Source: Morganella morganii
GTDB lineage: Bacteria > Pseudomonadota > Gammaproteobacteria > Enterobacterales > Enterobacteriaceae
DNA: 24,000 nucleotides
Direction of reading: 5' to 3'
NCBI RefSeq assembly: GCF_019243775.1
Contig: NZ_CP069157.1
Location: 2,467,418 to 2,491,417 of the forward strand
Shown: one piece after another, positions 15,045 through 23,439 of the stretch
Position numbering within the stretch: the first letter of the stretch is position 1
Layout of the letters: every line of letters begins with the position of its first letter
The notes under the pieces: generated by a model
What the model was told of the DNA's origin: nothing
Database searches by the model: none
What the model saw: only the letters and a program-made list of their open reading frames with translations
Made by a program: the position numbers and the translations under genes

Positions 15045-15374
15045 ATGTTTGTGTTTGAAGGGCGTGAAATCGCCACTGACCCCCACGGCTATTTACTCAA
15101 TGTGCAGGACTGGCAGGAAGCAATGGTGCCGCTGCTGGCTGAACAGGAAGAAATCACCCTGACAGAACAGCACTGGGAAGTTATCCGCTTTGTGCGGGAT
15201 TTTTATCTGGAATTTAATACCTCACCGGCTATCCGCATGCTGGTGAAAGCCATCACACAGAAGTATGGCGAGGAGCGCGGGAACAGTCGTTATCTGTACC
15301 GCCTGTTTCCGAAAGGCCCGGCCAAACAGGCAACAAAGCTGGCCGGTCTGCCGAAACCGGTGAAATGTATCTGA
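15045..15374 (+). CDS. tusE: Sulfur-relay protein TusE (DsrC family)
   Basis: [17 protein letters not shown]...[29 protein letters not shown]...[31 protein letters not shown] is nearly identical in its C-terminal half to remembered E. coli TusE. The upstream TTG-initiated extension in the track is not supported. Confidence 0.93.
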   Translation: MFVFEGREIATDPHGYLLNVQDWQEAMVPLLAEQEEITLTEQHWEVIRFVRDFYLEFNTSPAIRMLVKAITQKYGEERGNSRYLYRLFPKGPAKQATKLAGLPKPVKCI

Positions 15375-15381
15375 CCGCCGT

Positions 15382-15660
15382 TTATTCGTGGCGGACACGG
15401 AATACCGCAACTTCCCTGTAATCACAGGGGGTTGCGATGATATCTGTCACTTTCGCCCCCGGCGGCCCGCCCGCCTCCAGCCATGCGGTCATGGCCTCCA
15501 GCACACTTTCATCGCCATACGCTTCAATTTCCACACTGCCATCCTGACGATTGCGGACAAAACCGGTCACATTATGGCGTTTTGCCCAGTAAAACGTTTG
15601 ATAGCGGAAACCAACGCCCTGAACGCGTCCGTATACGGCAAAATGTCGTCCGATCTTCAT
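15382..15660 (-). CDS. yccX: Acylphosphatase
   Basis: 92 aa with the acylphosphatase signature VYGRVQGVGFRY and ..GFVRNRQDGSVEIEAYG... Its position next to tusE matches E. coli. Confidence 0.9.
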   Translation of the reverse strand: MKIGRHFAVYGRVQGVGFRYQTFYWAKRHNVTGFVRNRQDGSVEIEAYGDESVLEAMTAWLEAGGPPGAKVTDIIATPCDYREVAVFRVRHE

Positions 15661-15801
15661 TATATCGCTCCTTTTTCCGAAAATGTCACTATTTTAATCT
15701 GTATCGCTGTCCGCCGGTTGTAATTTTACCCACTCCCCGATAACCTGAAATTGTCAGCTATTGCTGATTGCAGTGATAGGAAACAACAATCTGTTAAGGG
15801 A

Positions 15802-15829
15802 TTGAATCTGTCATCAGTACCCCCCATAT
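15802..15829 (+). promoter_or_regulatory. Candidate sigma-32 promoter of hspQ
   Basis: The sequence is ATTGAAT, a 15-bp spacer, then CCCCATAT, against the consensus CTTGAAA-N13-15-CCCCATNT. It lies ~37 nt upstream of the hspQ start. E. coli hspQ is heat-shock (RpoH) induced. Confidence 0.4.
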
Positions 15830-15865
15830 TAGTAACAGAGCAAAGTTTCTTCGGAGGTGATTATG

Positions 15866-16183
15866 ATGATTTCAAGTAAGTTCGGTATCGGACAACAAGT
15901 TCGCCATAAGCTGCTTGGCTACCTGGGCGTGATTGTCGACATTGATGCTGAATACTCACTGGATCAGCCGGAAGAGGACGACATCGCATCCAATATGAAC
16001 CTGCGCTCTGCGCCCTGGTACCACGTCGTGATGGAAGACGATAACGGTGAGCCTATCCATAGCTATCTGGCAGAAGCCCAGATCACCTATGAGATGGATG
16101 AAGACCACCCCGATAACATCACTATGGATGAACTGGCTGAGTCCATCCGCAACCAGTTACAGTCTCCCCGGTTGCGCAATTAA
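15866..16183 (+). CDS. hspQ: Heat-shock protein HspQ (hemimethylated DNA-binding domain protein)
   Basis: [27 protein letters not shown]...[24 protein letters not shown]...QLQSPRLRN is collinear with remembered E. coli HspQ ([27 protein letters not shown]...). A GGAGG RBS sits at 15853-15857. Starts at 15863 or 15857 are also possible. Confidence 0.9.
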   Translation: MISSKFGIGQQVRHKLLGYLGVIVDIDAEYSLDQPEEDDIASNMNLRSAPWYHVVMEDDNGEPIHSYLAEAQITYEMDEDHPDNITMDELAESIRNQLQSPRLRN

Positions 16184-16193
16184 CAATACGAAG

Positions 16194-16227
16194 AGCCCCG
16201 CCACTCACATGCCGGGGCTTTATTTTT
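16194..16227 (+). terminator. Rho-independent terminator of hspQ
   Basis: AGCCCCG-12 nt loop-CGGGGCT followed by TTATTTTTAC, 11 nt after the stop codon. Confidence 0.7.
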
Positions 16228-16229
16228 AC

Positions 16230-16643
16230 TTACTTTTCCAGCCCCAGACGCGGGATCTCAATTTTCGGGCAGCGATCCTCAACAAACAGCAGCCCGGCGT
16301 TTTCCGCCAGCGCTTTCGCCTCACTGCTGATAATCCCCTGCTGCAGCCACAGCACTTTCGCTTTTATGGCAATCGCTTCCTGCGCAATACCCGGTGCGGC
16401 ATCCGCATTACGGAAAACATCCACCATATCCACCGGCTCCGGAATATCGGCAAGCGTGGCATACACCATCTGCCCGATCAGGGTTTTTCCCGCCAGTTTC
16501 GGATTCACCGGAATCACCCGGTATCCCTGTCCCAGCAGATACTCCATCACATGATAAACAGGGCGGTCCGGTTTATCACTCGCCCCCGCCACAGCGATCG
16601 TTTTTACCTGCTGAAGAATACCGGTCAGAAATGTGTCATTCAT
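16230..16643 (-). CDS. yccU: CoA-binding domain protein YccU
   Basis: MNDTFLTGILQQVKTIAVAGASDKPDRPVYHVMEYLLGQGYRVIPVNP... is a CoA-binding (Rossmann-like) pattern in the same position as E. coli yccU. AGAGG RBS. The 10 upstream codons in the track are not needed. Confidence 0.85.
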   Translation of the reverse strand: MNDTFLTGILQQVKTIAVAGASDKPDRPVYHVMEYLLGQGYRVIPVNPKLAGKTLIGQMVYATLADIPEPVDMVDVFRNADAAPGIAQEAIAIKAKVLWLQQGIISSEAKALAENAGLLFVEDRCPKIEIPRLGLEK

Positions 16644-16774
16644 AGAAGCCTCTTTTATCATCCTGCGCAACAATCTGAGTTATAGCATACTGAATTGAAA
16701 ATCACCTGTTGGCGGAACCCTTTTTTTCGCTTATGTTATTGAATAACATTTTATTCGCCGGAAAAGAGAGCGTT

Positions 16775-17233
16775 ATGGAATCGACCACCCGAGTACTGAC
16801 CAAGCATAAAAAAATCGCCCTTGTGGCTCATGATCACTATAAAACCAAATTACTGGACTGGGTTAAACGCAATCTGGCTAAATTAGAAGGCCATGAGCTG
16901 TTCGCCACCGGCACTACCGGCAAACTGATCAGCCGCGAAACCGGGCTTGAAATCACCGGCATGCTGAGCGGGCCGATGGGCGGGGATCAGCAGATAGGCT
17001 CAATGATTGCGGAAGGGAAAATTGATGTGCTGATTTTTTTCTGGGATCCGCTCAATGCCGTGCCTCATGACCCGGATGTGAAAGCGCTGCTGCGCCTGGC
17101 GACCGTCTGGAATATCCCGGTGGCAACCAATATGTCCACCGCTGATTTTATTATTCACTCGCCGGATTTCGATAACGATGTGGATATTGTTATTCCGGAT
17201 TACAACCGCTATTTAAGTGAGCGGACTCAGTAA
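16775..17233 (+). CDS. mgsA: Methylglyoxal synthase
   Basis: [29 protein letters not shown]...[15 protein letters not shown]...[57 protein letters not shown] is nearly identical in its conserved blocks to E. coli MgsA. Confidence 0.95.
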   Translation: MESTTRVLTKHKKIALVAHDHYKTKLLDWVKRNLAKLEGHELFATGTTGKLISRETGLEITGMLSGPMGGDQQIGSMIAEGKIDVLIFFWDPLNAVPHDPDVKALLRLATVWNIPVATNMSTADFIIHSPDFDNDVDIVIPDYNRYLSERTQ

Positions 17234-17242
17234 CGGCTTTCT

Positions 17243-17275
17243 GCGGCGGTGATAATTTACCGCCGCTTCTTTCAT
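17243..17275 (+). terminator. Rho-independent terminator of mgsA (hairpin shared with the convergent helD)
   Basis: GCGGCGGT-gataattt-ACCGCCGC followed by TTCTTTCATATTT. Confidence 0.7.
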
Positions 17276-17278
17276 ATT

Positions 17279-19333
17279 TCAGGGCTTTTTCACCCGGCTG
17301 ACGCCCATATCCGCCAGTTCTTCCGCGAAGCAGGACGGCGAGTCTTTGTCATACAGCAACCAGACCTGTTTTTTTGCCCGGGTCAGCGCCACATACATCA
17401 GGCGACGCTCCTCGGCATGTATAAACTCCTCTTCCCGCGGCAGTAATCCCTGCTCAATCACCGATTCCCGTGCTGCAGCCGGGAAACCGTCCCGTTCATC
17501 CGTCAGTCCGGTAATAATGACGTAATCCGCCTGCTGACCTTTCGAGGCATGCATGGTCATAAAACGGATATTGAGATGCGGCCAGCGGGTTGCTGCCACC
17601 GACAGAATCTCCGGTTTAAGGTGGTGATAACGCGCCAGGATCAGAACCGTTTCTTCTCCGGTCACATAACCGCTCATTTTATTCAGTAATGCTTCCAGCT
17701 GACTGTCCGGCAGTAACAGCACCGCTTTTTTATCCCCTTTCGTCAGGCTGTTCAGGGGTTTGGTTAACTGCTGCGGGTTACGCTGAATAAATTCGTTGGC
17801 GATCTCCCCGATACGGCTGTTAAAGCGGTATGTGGTATCCAGCGCACACTGTCCCCCTTCGCCGAAGACCGCGCTGAAATCCGTGGTCAGTGTCAGTTCC
17901 GCACCACTGAAACGGTAAATAGCCTGCCAGTCATCACCGACAGCAAATAGTGTGGTCTGCGGGTTCTGGGCCCGCAGGGCATGGATCAGTTTTGCCCGCA
18001 GCGGTGAGATATCCTGGAACTCATCCACCAGCACCGCTTTCCACGGCGAGATAAAGCGCCCTTTTTCAATCAGATTCACCGCCTGATGGATAAGCCCGGA
18101 GAAATCTGTCGCCCCCTCGTCTTTCAGGGCACTTTTCCAGGCTTTTAAAAACGGCGCCATCAGTTTGATTTGTTTTGTGAATTCCGGTACAATATCCGGC
18201 GGTGCGGACTCAATCATCACTTTCTGACTACCGCCGTTCATGCGCATCAGGCTCAGCCAGCGGTCAATCCTCGGCACCATGCGGCGGCACAGGGTTTCAT
18301 CTTCCCAGTATTCCTCCTCATCCACCAGCCAGTTCATACTGCCGCTGATAAGTTCGCGCCAGCCTTTTGCCTGTGCTTTTTTCTCACGGCACTGAGTCTG
18401 CCAGACGGATTTAATCAGTTCATGACGGGCGGCTGTGTCACTTTCCAGCGCACTGATAACCGGCGATTTATTGGATGCTTCGCGGATAATATGCAGTGCG
18501 AGGGCGTGAAAGGTTTTACTGCGGATCTCTTCTGTGTGCAGACAGGTGCGGATCCGTTCATTCATCTCATCCGCCGCCTGCCGCCCGAAGGCGAGCATCA
18601 GGATCTGCTCCGGCAGCGCCTGCTGACGGCGCAGCAGCCAGCCTGCCCGTGCCACCAGCACCGATGTTTTACCGCTTCCGGCTCCCGCCAGTACCAGCAC
18701 GGAAGGCTCACCATTAACCACCGCCTCACTCTGCGAAGTATTCAGCGGGGAGGATTCCACACTGGCAAAGAAATCCACGTAGGTTTCAAGGCATTGTTGT
18801 GTCCATTCGCGGTTGCGCTGACGGCGTTTTTCATCGGTGTGGCTGAGCCAGTCCAGACAAAACTGATAAGACTGTGCACAATTATCAAAACCGGCCAGAC
18901 GCGCACGGGGCAGCGGCAGTGCCGCAAAGGCGTGCAGAATGTTGTCACGGAGTTTCTGACTTTCCGGTTGTGTCAGCCAGCGGTCGGCCTGAATCACCGA
19001 CTTAATTTCACTGACCTGTTTATCCAGCACACCCGCGCTGACCACGCTCATCTCTTCACTCCAGCGTGACCAGATATCGGTAAGATACTGATAGAATTCC
19101 TGAGTTTCCTGCCACTGGGTACCGTGCAGACGCACAACCTGCTCATCCGGCAGTTCAAATTCCAGTTCGCCCCAGACGATACCGCGTTTACATTGAATAT
19201 TGATTAACTCATTGAAAGGAATAACATACCGGTGTTTTGCCCCGCTGACTTCGATACCTGCGTTGAGTAACCGCACGCGGTTGTAAGGATGCCGGGCCAG
19301 TGTCTGCCCCATTTGTGTTGATTTTAATTCCAT
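17279..19333 (-). CDS. helD: DNA helicase IV
   Basis: 684 aa, the same length as E. coli HelD and collinear with it (MELK...HPYNRVRLLNAGIEVSG..., Walker A LVLAGAGSGKTSVLVARAGWLL, DEFQDISP, ..RRLMYVALTRAK..). Confidence 0.95.
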   Translation of the reverse strand: MELKSTQMGQTLARHPYNRVRLLNAGIEVSGAKHRYVIPFNELINIQCKRGIVWGELEFELPDEQVVRLHGTQWQETQEFYQYLTDIWSRWSEEMSVVSAGVLDKQVSEIKSVIQADRWLTQPESQKLRDNILHAFAALPLPRARLAGFDNCAQSYQFCLDWLSHTDEKRRQRNREWTQQCLETYVDFFASVESSPLNTSQSEAVVNGEPSVLVLAGAGSGKTSVLVARAGWLLRRQQALPEQILMLAFGRQAADEMNERIRTCLHTEEIRSKTFHALALHIIREASNKSPVISALESDTAARHELIKSVWQTQCREKKAQAKGWRELISGSMNWLVDEEEYWEDETLCRRMVPRIDRWLSLMRMNGGSQKVMIESAPPDIVPEFTKQIKLMAPFLKAWKSALKDEGATDFSGLIHQAVNLIEKGRFISPWKAVLVDEFQDISPLRAKLIHALRAQNPQTTLFAVGDDWQAIYRFSGAELTLTTDFSAVFGEGGQCALDTTYRFNSRIGEIANEFIQRNPQQLTKPLNSLTKGDKKAVLLLPDSQLEALLNKMSGYVTGEETVLILARYHHLKPEILSVAATRWPHLNIRFMTMHASKGQQADYVIITGLTDERDGFPAAARESVIEQGLLPREEEFIHAEERRLMYVALTRAKKQVWLLYDKDSPSCFAEELADMGVSRVKKP

Positions 19334-19489
19334 GTGTTCCGCACCGTTACAAGATTGAAATCAATATGTGATAAAACCAGATGTGGTAAAACGTATGCCA
19401 GCGCCATACCATTGCCATATTACAGGAAAGACACAATTAGTTTACTGCCAAATTCCCGTTAAGGGTATTTCTGACTCATTGAGGTTATT

Positions 19490-21706
19490 GTGCTTGCAGC
19501 GTTTCTCGGCTTCAGCCGGTATATTTATAACAGCCATTTTCTTTATTATTTCCGCATCCTGATTGCGCTGACAGGTACCACGCTGGTGCCGTGGCTGCTG
19601 CACATGTCGCCGAAAGTCACCATTGCCCTGACACTCGGGATGGTAGCCGCCGCACTGACAGACCTGGATGACCGGCTCGCCGGGCGTCTGCGTAATCTGT
19701 TTATCACGCTGATCTCTTTCTTTGTCGCGTCTGCGGCTATTGAACTGCTGTATGACCACCACCTCCTGTTTATGGCAGGACTTGCGGTATCAACCAGCGG
19801 GTTTATTCTGCTGGGTGCGCTCGGGCAGCGTTACGCCACCATTGCTTTCGGGGCACTGCTGATCGCGATTTACACCATGCTGGGTAAAAACCTGTTTGAT
19901 GACTGGTATCAGCAACCGCTGTTACTGCTGACCGGTGCGGTCTGGTATAACCTGCTGACCCTGACCGGGCACCTGTTTTTCCCTGTCCGTCCGCTGCAGG
20001 ATAATCTTGCCCGCTATTATATGCAGCTCTCCAATTATCTGGAGGCAAAAGCAAACCTGTTTGACCCGGATATAGAAGAAGATTATCAGCAGTCCGTCTT
20101 TGAACTGGCGATGGCGAACAGCGCACTGACGGAAGCCATGCATCAGGCAAAAATGACCCTGTTTTCCCGCCTGAAAGGTGACCGCGGCCAGCGCAGTACC
20201 CGCCATGCCCTTCATTATTACTTTGTTGCCCAGGATATTCACGAGCGGGCGAGTTCGTCTCATATCCAGTATCAGAATTTAAGCAATGAACTGCGTTACA
20301 GCGATATTATGTTCCGCTTTCAGCGGCTGATGACCATGCAGGGACATGCCTGCGCCGCTGTTGCGCAGGCCATTTTGCAGCGCCGCAAATATCACCATAA
20401 CCCGCGTTTTGAGCGGACATTTTCTTATCTGGAAAACTCCCTCAACCTGCTGGAGCAGCAAAAGCCCGGTAACAGCAGTGTCATGGCTCTGCGCCATCTG
20501 CTGACCAACCTGCGCGGTGTCGATTCCCAGCTTAAAGGACTGACCGCAGAGCAGACTCAGCTTCCGGCGGAAAAGATGCAGGAAGATGCACGCCTGTCCA
20601 ACGAAAACCTGCAGGGACTGCGTGATATCTGGGCGCGGGTCAGGCAGAACCTGACACCACGCTCCGCCCTGTTCCGCCATGCTATCCGGATGTCGCTGCT
20701 GCTGTGTGCCGGTTACGCCATTATCCTGACCTTCGATCTGACCCGCGGTTACTGGATTATGCTGACCAGCCTGTTTGTCTGCCAGCCGAACTACAGTGCC
20801 ACACGACGCCGCCTGATGCTGCGCATAGTGGGGACTCTCGCCGGGATCCTTATCGGCCTGCCGATCATGTATTTTGTGCCGTCTTATGAGGGACAGCTTA
20901 TTCTGATGGTACTGTCCGGGCTGATGTTCTTTGTGTTCCGCACCAGTCAGTACGCCCAGGCCACTATTTTTATTACCCTGCTGGTGCTGTTCAGTTTTAA
21001 CCTGCTGGGTGAAGGGTTTGATATCGCCATCCACCGCATCATCGATACCCTGATCGGCTGCGGACTCGCCTGGTTTGCTGTCAGCTATATCTGGCCGGAC
21101 TGGAAATACCGCCAGCTGCCGCTGGTGATTGACCGCACCATGCAGGCAAACGGCCGTTATCTGGAACAAATCCTGCAACAGTATTACAACGGTAAAACTG
21201 ACAGCCTGGAGTACCGGGTTGCCCGTCGTGATGCGCATATCAGCGACGGGGAGTTTGCCTCTGTGGTAGCGAACATATCCTCAGAGCCGAGCAGTTACCG
21301 TACATCTCAGGATGAGGCGTTCCGCCTGCTCTGTCTCAACCACACCCTGCTCAGTTATATTTCCGCGCTCGGGGCTCACCGCACCAAGCTCACGGATGAC
21401 ACTATTCTGCGTCTGCTGAATGATGCCATCCGCTATATCGAGATCGCACTGCAAAAAGGACATCGGGAAGATTTGCAGATTCAGGCTATTTCAGATGCGC
21501 TCGCACAGCGTCTGGATAAATGTACCTGTGACAATAATAGTACCGAGCAGCTGGTGCTGGAACAGATTCGCCTGTTACTCAGCCTGACACCGGACATTAC
21601 CGGGCTTATCCGGCAGATCAATGATAAAGAGCATAATCTGCAGCCTTCCGCCGGGCGGTTCCGCCGCAAAAAACAGACTGCGGCGGAAGAAACACCGGAC
21701 AGCTGA
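19490..21706 (+). CDS. yccS: Inner-membrane protein YccS (FUSC/ArAE-like family)
   Basis: 738-aa ORF with a GTG start. ..LTLGMVAAALTDLDDRLAGRLRNL..., HYYFVAQDIHERASSSHIQYQ and GYWIMLTSLFVCQPNYSATRRRL match remembered E. coli YccS. Confidence 0.88.
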   Translation: MLAAFLGFSRYIYNSHFLYYFRILIALTGTTLVPWLLHMSPKVTIALTLGMVAAALTDLDDRLAGRLRNLFITLISFFVASAAIELLYDHHLLFMAGLAVSTSGFILLGALGQRYATIAFGALLIAIYTMLGKNLFDDWYQQPLLLLTGAVWYNLLTLTGHLFFPVRPLQDNLARYYMQLSNYLEAKANLFDPDIEEDYQQSVFELAMANSALTEAMHQAKMTLFSRLKGDRGQRSTRHALHYYFVAQDIHERASSSHIQYQNLSNELRYSDIMFRFQRLMTMQGHACAAVAQAILQRRKYHHNPRFERTFSYLENSLNLLEQQKPGNSSVMALRHLLTNLRGVDSQLKGLTAEQTQLPAEKMQEDARLSNENLQGLRDIWARVRQNLTPRSALFRHAIRMSLLLCAGYAIILTFDLTRGYWIMLTSLFVCQPNYSATRRRLMLRIVGTLAGILIGLPIMYFVPSYEGQLILMVLSGLMFFVFRTSQYAQATIFITLLVLFSFNLLGEGFDIAIHRIIDTLIGCGLAWFAVSYIWPDWKYRQLPLVIDRTMQANGRYLEQILQQYYNGKTDSLEYRVARRDAHISDGEFASVVANISSEPSSYRTSQDEAFRLLCLNHTLLSYISALGAHRTKLTDDTILRLLNDAIRYIEIALQKGHREDLQIQAISDALAQRLDKCTCDNNSTEQLVLEQIRLLLSLTPDITGLIRQINDKEHNLQPSAGRFRRKKQTAAEETPDS

Positions 21707-21711
21707 TGTCT

Positions 21712-21736
21712 TCCCGGGGAAAACATTTCCCCGGGA
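21712..21736. terminator. Hairpin between the convergent yccS and sxy genes
   Basis: TCCCGGGGAAA-aca-TTTCCCCGGGA is a perfect 11-bp stem. It starts 6 nt after the yccS stop and ends 13 nt before the sxy stop. No U-tract follows on either strand. Confidence 0.5.
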
Positions 21737-21748
21737 TACCTGCGCCGT

Positions 21749-22360
21749 TTAGTTCAGCCGGCCATGCCAATGGATAAGATCCTCCCGCAGTGCTTTCGGT
21801 AATACCGCACTGTGGCACCCCTCAATGGCTCCCGCGATGGCAAACAGTAATTTCAGCTCATTCTGCGGCCGGGCTTTGACCTTCAGAAAGCTCGCTTTGG
21901 CACCCAGCAAATAGAGGTCATCCACCCGGCGGATCCCCGCCTGCCATAAGCGGCGTTCCAGAGCTCTGTCCACATTCGGCAGATCTTTAATCCGCGACGG
22001 CAGTTGCTGCTGTGACTGTGCATGTTCCCGTGCATGCAGGTAGGTCTGGTAAAAAAGGAACTCACTCTGCTGAGGGCACTGCCATACCGCGTCCGGAACA
22101 CGGTAATAGTTAATCCGCATCGGCAGGATCCGCTTGGGATAAGTAAACCGGTCACTCAGTTCCAGCCGGCAGAACAGCTCGCGGGTGGCCTCTGTGCTTT
22201 TCAGCCAGAGCTGACTGTTGGCTATCAGTGCGAAAGTGACCCGGTCAATGGATAATCCCATACACCCGAACTGTGATTTCAGGCGGATCCGGCCGAACGG
22301 CTGTGTGCTGTGTTGAAGACGATCAAACTGAACATCTGACAATTTCAAATAATCCTTCAT
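21749..22360 (-). CDS. sxy: Competence regulator TfoX/Sxy
   Basis: 203-aa ORF with TfoX N- and C-domain patterns (..FGCMGLSIDRVTFALI.. and ..LPNVDRALERRLWQAGIRRVDDLYLLGAKASFLKVK..). It is divergent from sulA, as in E. coli. Confidence 0.85.
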   Translation of the reverse strand: MKDYLKLSDVQFDRLQHSTQPFGRIRLKSQFGCMGLSIDRVTFALIANSQLWLKSTEATRELFCRLELSDRFTYPKRILPMRINYYRVPDAVWQCPQQSEFLFYQTYLHAREHAQSQQQLPSRIKDLPNVDRALERRLWQAGIRRVDDLYLLGAKASFLKVKARPQNELKLLFAIAGAIEGCHSAVLPKALREDLIHWHGRLN

Positions 22361-22545
22361 ATTATCAGTCCTTTGAAAGCAGGTTAAACGTATCGTTGTG
22401 TCATTCCCTGACTGAGCTCAGCTGTCGCCACAAAATAAGGAATGTTTCCCCGATTGCCAACGATAAATTCGTATTTGTATCCGGCAAACCTGAATTTTGC
22501 GAGTTGTATGGAAAAAATTTACTTGATCTGAGCGGAATTGGATTA

Positions 22546-22565
22546 TACTGTACACATATACAGCA
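22546..22565 (+). promoter_or_regulatory. LexA (SOS) box of sulA
   Basis: TACTGTACACATATACAGCA fits CTGT-N8-ACAG and resembles the E. coli sulA operator TACTGTACATCCATACAGTA. It overlaps the likely -10 (TATACT at 22544-22549) and ends 20 nt upstream of the sulA ATG. Confidence 0.85.
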
Positions 22566-22584
22566 TCACTATGTGAGGTTAACT

Positions 22585-23091
22585 ATGCGCCAGCAGGCAA
22601 CCCGGGAATACGTCCCTGTTACACCGGCATCTGTGTCACCCGCCCTTGCGGGGGAACGCCGTCTGAACGGAATGGTCAGCGAACTGGTTTATCGCAATAA
22701 TGATATCGTCCTGACCCACATTCTGCTTCCTTTATTACGTCAGCTTGCCGGGGAGTCCCGCTGGCTGTTATGGCTCTCTCCGGGTGCAAAACTTAACCGC
22801 ACCTGGTTATCGCAGAATCAGCTGCCGGGTGATAAAATCATGCAGTTGTCCCGCATCCCGGCAATCAACAGTGTTGCCGCTATGGAGAAAGCACTCGCCA
22901 GCGGTAACTACAGTGTGGTTCTGGGCTGGCTGCCGGTACTGACTGAGCAGGAAAATGCCCGGTTACAGCGCGCTGCGGAACAGGGCAGCTGCCTCGGTTT
23001 TATTATGCGTCCGCAGGAATGGCATCATGACAGTGCACCTGTTGCACGACAACTGAATACATTACAAATTCACTCTTTCCCTTATCATTAA
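22585..23091 (+). CDS. sulA: SOS cell-division inhibitor SulA
   Basis: 168 aa from the ATG at 22585: ..GMVSELVYRNNDIVLTHILLPLLRQLAGESRWLLWLSP..WL...VLGWLP.. matches the SulA pattern. The 104 upstream codons in the track overlap the sxy promoter region and the LexA box and are spurious. Confidence 0.9.
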   Translation: MRQQATREYVPVTPASVSPALAGERRLNGMVSELVYRNNDIVLTHILLPLLRQLAGESRWLLWLSPGAKLNRTWLSQNQLPGDKIMQLSRIPAINSVAAMEKALASGNYSVVLGWLPVLTEQENARLQRAAEQGSCLGFIMRPQEWHHDSAPVARQLNTLQIHSFPYH

Positions 23092-23268
23092 GGAAAATTA
23101 AGAATATTCTCAGAGTTTTTTACATGCCCGTATCATTTGCTCTGCTTGGTTAATAAAATTACACTATTTCAACGTGTTAAGCCAAATATCCAAAGAAATT
23201 GACTATTTTGTATGTTTATGAATCAGTACAGTTTTTTACATTTTTTTAGTCGAATTCCACAGGACAGG

Positions 23269-23296
23269 CTTGTAACTTTTATAGTTCGCTGTAGAC
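23269..23296 (+). promoter_or_regulatory. ompA promoter
   Basis: TTGTAA-N16-TAGACT followed by TTACA, closely resembling the E. coli ompA promoter as I remember it (GCTTGTAAGTTTTCAACTACGTTGTAGACTTTAC). It predicts a ~135-nt 5'UTR, like E. coli's 133 nt. Confidence 0.55.
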
Positions 23297-23439
23297 TTTA
23301 CACCGTTAAGGTAGTGCTTAAAATTCCCTGTTGGGAGCTATTTACTAAATAGCGCACATAATCCCTGACTATTTTTAAAAACCAAAGGCGATAATAAGGC
23401 ATTAAGCCAGAGCCAATTTGGATGATAACGAGGCGTAAA

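Noticed and set aside
14938-15162. 74-aa ORF with a very hydrophobic N-terminus ([19 protein letters not shown]...), considered as a small membrane toxin or a yccA remnant
   Set aside because: It has a GTG start with no RBS, and it overlaps the tusE start in another frame. The hydrophobicity follows from T-rich promoter DNA. It has no resemblance to YccA.
18170-19069. 299-aa ORF antisense to helD. Similar cases: a 319-aa ORF antisense to yccS (20279-21238), a 220-aa ORF antisense to yeaR/yoaG (6653-7315) and a 212-aa ORF antisense to yccU (16047-16685).
   Set aside because: All lie entirely inside well-supported genes on the other strand. Their composition is low-complexity and Arg/Pro/His-rich, typical of antisense frames, and they lack RBSs. 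They are shadow ORFs.
22273-22584. 272-aa version of sulA starting at 22273
   Set aside because: The extension overlaps the sxy coding region and promoter as well as the LexA box. SulA homology starts at the ATG at 22585, giving the expected ~168 aa.
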